32,000 nt of DNA from Candidatus Saccharimonadota bacterium (lineage in GTDB: Bacteria; Pseudomonadota; Alphaproteobacteria; CAJXXZ01; 1604HC): assembly GCF_008189405.1 (NCBI RefSeq), contig NZ_CP043316.1:90001-122000 (forward strand), read 5' to 3'. The translations under genes and the position numbers were made by a program. This document shows positions 25,195-32,000 of this stretch, piece by piece; positions within the stretch are counted from its first letter, which is position 1; each line of letters begins with the position of its first letter. Below the pieces are notes generated by a model. The model was not told the DNA's origin, did not search any database, and worked only from the letters and a program-made list of their open reading frames with translations.

Positions 25195-26232
25195 TTATGA
25201 TAAAATTTCCTTTTCTTTTAGTGACATGATGACTTTATTTAATATAGTAGGTTCTGTAACAAATATTTCGTTTAAACCATGAGCAGTCAATTTTGACCTA
25301 TGATCTGTGATTCTATTTTGTGGAAAGTTATATGTTCTGATTCTTTCAGACCTATCTCCCGACCCAACTTGATTTTTACGGTAATCAGCAATTTCTTTAT
25401 GCTGTTTCTGTTCTAATGCGTCACGTAATCTTGTTTTTAGCACTTTCATAGCTTTATCTTTATTTTTATGTTGGGATTTTTCATCTTGCATACAAACCAC
25501 TACGGGATCTACATCTGGATGAGAATATGTCAATCTTACAGCGCTATCAGTGGTATTTACAGATTGCCCACCTGGTCCACTTGATCTATAAAAATCAACT
25601 TTTAGTAAGTCTGATTTAATTTCGATTGCAACATCATCTTTTTCTTCAAGCACAGCAACTGTTGCTGTTGAAGTATGTATTCTGCCACTAGATTCTGTTT
25701 TAGGAACCCTTTGAACCCTATGCACGCCTGATTCAAACTGTAAAATATCATATGCATTTTCACCTTTAATATATAGTACAGCCTCCTTTAATCCTTTAAT
25801 ATCTGTAATATTTTTTGACATAATATCAATTGCCCAATTTTTATGCACAGCATATCGAATGTACATTTCAAATAGTATATACGCAAATAACCCGGCTTCA
25901 TCTCCTCCTGCTCCTGGTCGTATTTCCAGCATCAGTGCTTGCTCTTTGGCACAATTATCTTTGAGTGTAATAAAAGCTTGGTATAGGTTTTCAATTTCCT
26001 GTTCAATTTCTTTTTTCTGATCAAATAGCCACTGCTCTTTTTCATCGTTAATCATACTGATTATGTCTGTTAAATCTTTACTTAAATTAGCCACTTTACA
26101 TGCAATATCATACTCTTTTGTCATACTGCCCAATAATTTAGATTTCTTCAATAAATCATCTTTGGAAATTTCTATATTCTGCAAATCAGATTCTAGACCA
26201 GAATATTTTTGGACTATATCTTTCCACCACAT
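25195..26232 (-). CDS. prfA: Peptide chain release factor 1, 345 aa
   Basis: RF1-type PxT tripeptide (PKT in [17 protein letters not shown]). GGQ motif in [28 protein letters not shown]. Its ATG overlaps the hisS stop by 1 nt (TAATG). Confidence 0.95.
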   Translation of the reverse strand: MWWKDIVQKYSGLESDLQNIEISKDDLLKKSKLLGSMTKEYDIACKVANLSKDLTDIISMINDEKEQWLFDQKKEIEQEIENLYQAFITLKDNCAKEQALMLEIRPGAGGDEAGLFAYILFEMYIRYAVHKNWAIDIMSKNITDIKGLKEAVLYIKGENAYDILQFESGVHRVQRVPKTESSGRIHTSTATVAVLEEKDDVAIEIKSDLLKVDFYRSSGPGGQSVNTTDSAVRLTYSHPDVDPVVVCMQDEKSQHKNKDKAMKVLKTRLRDALEQKQHKEIADYRKNQVGSGDRSERIRTYNFPQNRITDHRSKLTAHGLNEIFVTEPTILNKVIMSLKEKEILS

Positions 26233-27431
26233 TATTTTATTATACCTATTAGATTATCGTAACTCACATTAATCTGAGTTTCAGTTTCACAATTTTTCAA
26301 TTTTACAGAATTCTTAATCTTTTCTTCATTTCCACAAAATACAATATATTGTGGATTAATCTTATTAAGTTTTTTCATAGATTTTTTCCAATCACTGAAT
26401 AATGTGATAGTTTTATACTTTTTATTTAACATATTAGAATCATTCCTTAGCATATTAGAAACTTTCAAAGCATAATCATGCTCATTAATTGAGATCACAA
26501 CTATTCTCTTTTCATCAGAATTTGCTTGAATATTCATCATCAATATTCTTTCTAACCCAAATGACCAGCCAATCCCTGGTATATCAGGTCCACCTAACTT
26601 TTTTACCAACCCGTTATATGCGCCACCTCCGAGAATAGAAGACTGTGTATCTAGCGATTCATTCTCAATTTCGAAAATTGTATTGTTATAATAATCTAAT
26701 CCCCTAACTAAATATTCGTCAATTACAAAATCTATATTCTGTTTTTCAAGTCCATTACATACAATATCAAACCTTTTTATATCATTATCATTCATATATT
26801 GTCTTATTTTCGGAATATCATACTTTTCTTGATCTGCATTAGACATTTTATCTAATATACGCATTGGATTGATATTTATATCATTTGTAAGATTATTATT
26901 TGACATATATTCTTTTAATACAATTCCGTATTTTGCAATAGTTTCGGAACTACCTAATGAATTTAGTTTTACTTTGATTTTTAACCCAAGTTCATTCAGA
27001 AAGTTTACAGCACTAGCAATGACATCTATATCAATGTAAGGATGATCATCAAATACTTCACACCCTAATTGGGTGAATTCTCTATAACGGCCTTTCTGTG
27101 GTCTATTATGTCTGAATACTTTTCCAAAATATGATATTCGTCTATCGTGTATTTCTCCTGCTTCGATAAGAGAGCGTATAACTGAAGTAGTAAATTCAGG
27201 CCTTAATACTATGTTTAAATCTTGATTTTGTTGAGAAATAGCAAAAAACATTTCTTTCTGCATAATATCAGAGCTTTCACCTACAGTACGTATAAATAAT
27301 TCATATCGTTCCAAAATAGATGGTTCAATCATATCGAATCCATATAAATTCATTGTTTGTGCAAATTTATCGATTACATGTTTGCGCAAATTATATTCTT
27401 TTACCCAATCTATTGTGCCTTTAACATTCAT
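26232..27431 (-). CDS. hisS: Histidine--tRNA ligase, about 399 aa
   Basis: KGTIDW N-terminus, [41 protein letters not shown]. The first ATG is at 27431, and the ORF-track start 27467 is a TTG extension. Confidence 0.9.
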   Translation of the reverse strand: MNVKGTIDWVKEYNLRKHVIDKFAQTMNLYGFDMIEPSILERYELFIRTVGESSDIMQKEMFFAISQQNQDLNIVLRPEFTTSVIRSLIEAGEIHDRRISYFGKVFRHNRPQKGRYREFTQLGCEVFDDHPYIDIDVIASAVNFLNELGLKIKVKLNSLGSSETIAKYGIVLKEYMSNNNLTNDININPMRILDKMSNADQEKYDIPKIRQYMNDNDIKRFDIVCNGLEKQNIDFVIDEYLVRGLDYYNNTIFEIENESLDTQSSILGGGAYNGLVKKLGGPDIPGIGWSFGLERILMMNIQANSDEKRIVVISINEHDYALKVSNMLRNDSNMLNKKYKTITLFSDWKKSMKKLNKINPQYIVFCGNEEKIKNSVKLKNCETETQINVSYDNLIGIIK

Positions 27432-27607
27432 ATTAATTACAAGGTACCATTTTATGTGATATATCAAAATATTATAAATAGAGAAAATATTAGAAAATAT
27501 TATTATAGTGCTAAAAATTTATAATGCCAAAACTCATATATTATAGTTTGAAGAGCATATATATTATGATATTCAATTTAGGTCAATTATAAAATAATAT
27601 ATGGGAT

Positions 27608-28846
27608 TCAATCTAAATATTGTTCGATTGGGTATTTTTTGCATAATGATATAACTTCCTGTTTGATTGTTTCTGATACTTGATTTTGATTTTGTATGAT
27701 TTTAGTTATGTATTTCGCAAGTTGAATACATTCTTCTACTCCAAATCCACGTGATGTGCATGATGGGGTTCCGATGCGTATTCCTGAAGTTTCAAATGGA
27801 CTATTTGTATCATTTGGAATCATATTTTTATTTACGATAATGCCATGATTTGCTAGCCATGCTTCAGCTTCTTTACCTGTGCAATCTGCCAGTTTTACAA
27901 TACATAGGTGTGTGTCACTTCCTCCTGAAACTATATCAAAATTTTTGGATAATTCATTGCATATTGCTTTGTTGTTCGCTAGTACATTGCTGATATATGT
28001 TTGATACTCTTCAGATATAGCATCATGAAAACAAATTGCTTTTGATGCAATAACATGCATAAGAGGCCCACCTTGAATACCAGGAAATATCCCTTTGTTT
28101 ATTTTTTTGAATATATTTTCGTGGTTTGTAAGGATTATTCCACCTCTAGGCCCCTTTAATGTTTTATGTGTTGTGGAAGTCAGTACATCTGCGATATTTA
28201 CAGGGTTTGGATATTGTTTTGCAGCTATCAAACCAGCAACATGTGCTATATCTGCAAGAAATATAGCTCCTATCTCATCTGCAATCTCTCTAAATAATTG
28301 CCAGTCAATTATTTTGCTATAAGCTGATGTCCCTGCAATAATCATTTTAGGTTTATGCTCAAGCGCCAATCTCTTTACTTGATCCATATCAATTAATTCT
28401 TTCTCATTTAACCCATATGCAATTGACTTATATACTTTGCCAGAGAAATTTATATGAGATCCATGTGATAAATGACCCCCTGCTGATAAATCCATACCTA
28501 GAATTGTGTCTCCTGGATTAAGCAATGCATTAAAAACAGCCATATTTGCTTGTGATCCAGAGTGTGGTTGTACATTCGCATATTTTGCGTCAAAAAGCTT
28601 ACATGCTCTTTCTTGGCATAATAACTCTAGTTTATCAGCAATTTCACAGCCGCCATAATAACGTTTCCCAGGATATCCTTCTGCATATTTATTTGTAAAT
28701 ACTGAACTTTGAGAATGCCTAATTTGTGTTGATGCTAAATTTTCTGATGCAATTAACGAGACTGTGTTATTTTGTCTTTCATATTCTTGTGCAAGCAATG
28801 TATGCACTTCTATATCGGATAATCCATGAGATGTAAAATTATTCAT
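27608..28846 (-). CDS. glyA: Serine hydroxymethyltransferase, about 412 aa
   Basis: YAEGYPGKRYYGGCE, VQPHSGSQAN, PLP-lysine loop TSTTHKTLKGPRGG. The first ATG is at 28846, and the ORF-track start 28852 is TTG. Confidence 0.95.
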   Translation of the reverse strand: MNNFTSHGLSDIEVHTLLAQEYERQNNTVSLIASENLASTQIRHSQSSVFTNKYAEGYPGKRYYGGCEIADKLELLCQERACKLFDAKYANVQPHSGSQANMAVFNALLNPGDTILGMDLSAGGHLSHGSHINFSGKVYKSIAYGLNEKELIDMDQVKRLALEHKPKMIIAGTSAYSKIIDWQLFREIADEIGAIFLADIAHVAGLIAAKQYPNPVNIADVLTSTTHKTLKGPRGGIILTNHENIFKKINKGIFPGIQGGPLMHVIASKAICFHDAISEEYQTYISNVLANNKAICNELSKNFDIVSGGSDTHLCIVKLADCTGKEAEAWLANHGIIVNKNMIPNDTNSPFETSGIRIGTPSCTSRGFGVEECIQLAKYITKIIQNQNQVSETIKQEVISLCKKYPIEQYLD

Positions 28847-28965
28847 ATACAAATACTATGAACAGATTACACTTTTAGCAAGTAATCAAGATTTGTAGCA
28901 ATCAACATTTAACTTAGTGCACATTTATAATAAATGTTATTTATAGAGTTATTTATAGATATGGT

Positions 28966-30363
28966 TTATTTAGATAAAGCGTTTTTCAATCTAAAAATTA
29001 TGATTTCTTGATCCATATTTCCCAAAAGTTCTAATAAGCTTGGGCCAAATTTCTTTCCAGTCAAGATTAAGCGTAATTTTTTCAAGATCGCCTTGCCATT
29101 TTCCATGTTTTTAATATCCTCTAATATTGCACTCCAATTTGTTGCTTGTATATTATCGAGGGATTTGTTGAGTAATTCATGCAAATTGGTTGATTGATTA
29201 TTTCGGTTATTTTTAGAATCATCTGTATTTAACGTAGAGCTATTTGTATCCAATTGCATATTGTTTGTATTTAATGATAGGTCATTTAAGTAGTTTAAGT
29301 CTGTTTTTTCCTCAGAAACAATTTGTTTTTTCTCGAAAATGTCTTTCCAATCTACAAAATCTTGCTTAAATGTAATTTCATTTTTGATTAAATCCCATTT
29401 TCCAAATTGCTCACCGAAATATGTTGCTAGATCATCATTTTTGATAGATTGTACAAATTTATGTTGGATTTTGAGTGCTTCTTTTTTAGACCATCTAATT
29501 TGACTAGATGAGTATTTTAAATCTGCGAAATCTTTGAGATTATCAAGTGATTTACATAGATGAAATTCATTTTTCCCAATAAACACCATCTGATTTGAAA
29601 GGGTCATAGGGAAAAAACCTTCTTCTCGTAAATCTTTGATACTTTCATCATTATTTCTTTTGGACATGCGTTGTCCATGTTTGTTGAGTAAAATGGGGAG
29701 ATGTCCATATTCAATTTGTAAATTATTAATCTGATCAAACATATAAATTTGTATTGCAGTATTTGTTACATGATCCTCTCCACGGAATATATGTGAGATC
29801 TGTTCTTCAATATCATCAATGACGCTTGTAAACATATATGTGAAAGATCCATCACTTTTTTGTATGATAGGATCACTAACAGATTTTAGGTTTATTGACA
29901 CTTTCCCACGTATGATATCATTCCACTCTATTTTAATATTTGGCAATTCAAATCGCCAATGAGGCTCTAATCCTGAAGATAGTCCATCTTTCTCTTTTGC
30001 ATAGTGCTTTTTATATACAGGTGCTTTTTTTTCTTTAGATAATCTATTTCGTAATTCATCTAATTCTTCTTTTGTTTCATATGCTGGGTATATAATCCCT
30101 TTTTCTTTGCATATTTCTATCCATTTAGAATAAATTGCATTTCGTTCAGATTGAAATATTTCTTTGTCAAATTTAATACCCATCCAAGACAAATCATTTC
30201 TGATTGCATCAATATATTTTGTGTCAACTCGATCTGTATCATCGAAACGTAATACTAGCTTGGCATTGTTATTTTGAGCCCATAAATAAGATAGTAGAGC
30301 AGTCCTAATATTTCCTAAATGTAATAATCCAGTTGGACTAGGAGCAAATCGCGTGCATAACAT
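28966..30363 (-). CDS. gltX: Glutamate--tRNA ligase, about 465 aa, with an Asn/Thr/Ser-rich C-terminal segment
   Basis: MLCTRFAPSPTGLLHLGNIRTAL (class I HIGH-type N-terminus) and GQRMSKRN (KMSKS-type). Starting at ATG 30363 fits the family N-terminus. The ORF-track start 30438 is a TTG extension that would overlap birA. Confidence 0.9.
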   Translation of the reverse strand: MLCTRFAPSPTGLLHLGNIRTALLSYLWAQNNNAKLVLRFDDTDRVDTKYIDAIRNDLSWMGIKFDKEIFQSERNAIYSKWIEICKEKGIIYPAYETKEELDELRNRLSKEKKAPVYKKHYAKEKDGLSSGLEPHWRFELPNIKIEWNDIIRGKVSINLKSVSDPIIQKSDGSFTYMFTSVIDDIEEQISHIFRGEDHVTNTAIQIYMFDQINNLQIEYGHLPILLNKHGQRMSKRNNDESIKDLREEGFFPMTLSNQMVFIGKNEFHLCKSLDNLKDFADLKYSSSQIRWSKKEALKIQHKFVQSIKNDDLATYFGEQFGKWDLIKNEITFKQDFVDWKDIFEKKQIVSEEKTDLNYLNDLSLNTNNMQLDTNSSTLNTDDSKNNRNNQSTNLHELLNKSLDNIQATNWSAILEDIKNMENGKAILKKLRLILTGKKFGPSLLELLGNMDQEIIIFRLKNALSK

Positions 30364-30497
30364 GAGATTATCGTAGAATTCATTAGTAATAATTGCAATA
30401 ATAAAATTAATAGTTATAGTAAATGCAAATTTATACAAATAACTGTTTATGCATAAAAATATGTAAACTTTATCATTTTTATGATAAAAGCATAGAA

Positions 30498-31430
30498 ATG
30501 AATGACATAAACACGGAAATAACTAAAACAGATTATGATAATTTCTCTATATTGCATTTTCAAGAACTAAGTAGTACTCAGGCTTTTGCAAAGGAAATTA
30601 TTCATGGTGATTTACTGCATTATTCTAATGACTTGTTATTTAAATTAATGAATGAAAATAAGTTTCTCACAATCATATCAGATACACAGAATTCTGGAGT
30701 GGGACAATATGGTAGGTCATGGGTTTCACCACATGGGAATTTATATATGAGTTGTATAGTAAAGCTGGATAAATGTGATGTCATAAACTTAACACAGGTT
30801 TTTGCATTATTAGTACATGATATCTTGCTTAATGATTATGGAATTCTTATACAAATCAAATGGATAAATGATATTTTATATAGTTCAAAACAAATTAATT
30901 CAAAGAAAATGGGTGGAATAATATGTGAAGTATGTAAATTGAAAGATGGGAAAGATATGCTGCAAAGCAAGGATGTTTTGATAGTTGGTATTGGTATTAA
31001 TATTAATGTTGCAACTGCAGACAATTCTATTTGTATGCGAGATATTTTAAAAGACACAGATAACATGATTGGACAAACTAATATAATAGATAAAGTTAGT
31101 ATGGTTAGTAAGGATGGTATGCATGGCAAAGTAAATTCAGGTGATCAAATTAATATAGTTGGGTTGGCAGAAAAGATTTGTCATAAATTACCAAAATATC
31201 TGGATCAATATTATGTAGGTGGGATTGAAGTTTTTATAGATAAATTAAATAGTAACGCAGCTTATATTAATGAAAACGTAATTTTATATATTAGAGAAAG
31301 TGAAATTAAGGGAATCTTTAAAGGGTATGACAAAAATGGAATGATTATTTTAGAATATGGAAATGGGGTTAGAGAGTCGTTTCATGAAGGTAGAATGAGA
31401 TTGGCTGATAGTTCAGATTATATATTGTAA
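30498..31430 (+). CDS. birA: Biotin--[acetyl-CoA-carboxylase] ligase, class I (no HTH domain), about 310 aa
   Basis: QNSGVGQYGRSWVSPHGNLYMS (equivalent to the GRGRxGRxW biotin loop), KWINDI, GIGININ. The ATG at 30498 fits the family N-terminus. The ORF extends to ATG 30423. Confidence 0.8.
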   Translation: MNDINTEITKTDYDNFSILHFQELSSTQAFAKEIIHGDLLHYSNDLLFKLMNENKFLTIISDTQNSGVGQYGRSWVSPHGNLYMSCIVKLDKCDVINLTQVFALLVHDILLNDYGILIQIKWINDILYSSKQINSKKMGGIICEVCKLKDGKDMLQSKDVLIVGIGININVATADNSICMRDILKDTDNMIGQTNIIDKVSMVSKDGMHGKVNSGDQINIVGLAEKICHKLPKYLDQYYVGGIEVFIDKLNSNAAYINENVILYIRESEIKGIFKGYDKNGMIILEYGNGVRESFHEGRMRLADSSDYIL

Positions 31431-31677
31431 AGTGCAGGCGCAGAAACTATGCAACTGCTAAATCATAAATGGCTAAACACAAGCATTCTCAAATATACAA
31501 ATATTAAATATCCAAACATCAAGCTATAAGCAACCAAATAAAATGATATTTTAATTTATGTTTATAATCTGTATTGACGGTTTAATACACTGATAGTGTG
31601 ATATTTTGATTCGTGATTATGCTATATATCCTGCCACCATTGCTTGATAGTTAGGAAGGATAGGGTTACTATAATAT

Positions 31678-32000
31678 GTGAACAATAATTACAGTGCAGA
31701 TTCTATACAGGTTTTAAAAGGATTAGAAGCGGTTCGTAAACGTCCAGGTATGTATATAGGAGACACTGATGATGGCCATGGATTGCATCATATGGTTTAT
31801 GAGATTGTAGATAACTCTATTGATGAAGCATTAGCTGGTTATTGTAAAAATATTATAGTATCGCTATATAAAGATGGGTCTGTTTCTGTTCAAGATGATG
31901 GTAGAGGAATTCCAGTTGATTTGCATGCTGGAGAAAAGATGTCAGCTGCGGAAGTTATTATGACTCAATTACATGCTGGTGGTAAATTTTCTCAAAATGT
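31678..32000 (+). CDS. gyrB: DNA gyrase subunit B, N-terminal 107 codons (runs off the window)
   Basis: [55 protein letters not shown] 31678 is the only canonical start between the in-frame TAA (31672-31674) and the conserved N-terminus. Confidence 0.9.
   Translation, partial: MNNNYSADSIQVLKGLEAVRKRPGMYIGDTDDGHGLHHMVYEIVDNSIDEALAGYCKNIIVSLYKDGSVSVQDDGRGIPVDLHAGEKMSAAEVIMTQLHAGGKFSQN

Noticed and set aside
15814-30438. N-terminal extensions in the ORF track at 15819, 17234, 19287, 27467, 28852 and 30438, plus the ATG-initiated ones at 16226, 21775 and 30423
   Set aside because: The first six begin at TTG read-back codons upstream of an ATG that matches the conserved family N-terminus (pgm, mrpE, lon, hisS, glyA, gltX). 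The ATG-initiated extensions add non-conserved residues and lack an SD. The extended gltX and birA versions would also overlap each other head-to-head.
31574-31602. Sigma-70-like promoter for gyrB (TTGACG, 17 nt, TGTGAT)
   Set aside because: The -35 is good but the -10 matches only 4/6. In DNA this AT-rich, many equally good hexamer pairs exist, so it is not reportable without TSS data. The same applies to TTGATC-N17-TATCCT upstream of lolC (5146..5118).

Overview
AT-rich (about 30% G+C by eye), tightly packed bacterial chromosomal segment with about 26 protein-coding genes. I see no rRNA, tRNA, CRISPR, transposase/integrase or phage genes. The content is mostly housekeeping: dnaE, lolD, lolC/E, an MscS-family channel, a PpiD-like chaperone, argS, a phosphohexomutase, dksA, an orphan mrpE/mnhE, an ABC-2 exporter pair, a dsbB-like gene, lon, cysS, a probable holA, prfA, hisS, glyA, gltX, birA and the 5' end of gyrB. 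Three things point to a reduced-genome Gram-negative, probably an alphaproteobacterial intracellular symbiont (Rickettsiales/Holosporales-like): the gene set (Lol, DsbB, PpiD, DksA, Lon), the lolC-lolD-dnaE juxtaposition with an isolated mrp subunit, and AT-richness with eroded motifs and low-complexity inserts in essential enzymes. This is inference only. Several ORF-track N-termini are TTG/GTG read-back extensions, so I give the first ATG that fits the conserved family N-terminus. I do not find a convincing multi-gene novel system: no defence, secretion, toxin or mobile module. Worth a second look: (1) a CapD-like membrane protein that keeps the fold register but has lost every cofactor/catalytic motif, in a tight operon with PpiD-like and MscS-like genes; (2) an orphan 492-aa secreted repeat/coiled-coil protein with a consensus SD and two 20-nt direct repeats upstream; (3) extreme G>>C asymmetry in the spacers at 5-14.4 kb, with an opposite C/A-rich tract before gyrB; (4) a 27-codon Cys-rich ORF with a consensus SD divergent from argS; (5) an orphan mrpE overlapping an ABC gene head-to-head; (6) in-frame tandem repeats and low-complexity insertions in holA-like, cysS, gltX and birA; (7) an ATG-TGA start-stop overlapping the GTG start of gyrB. 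All homology calls come from motifs read by eye and need profile searches to confirm.
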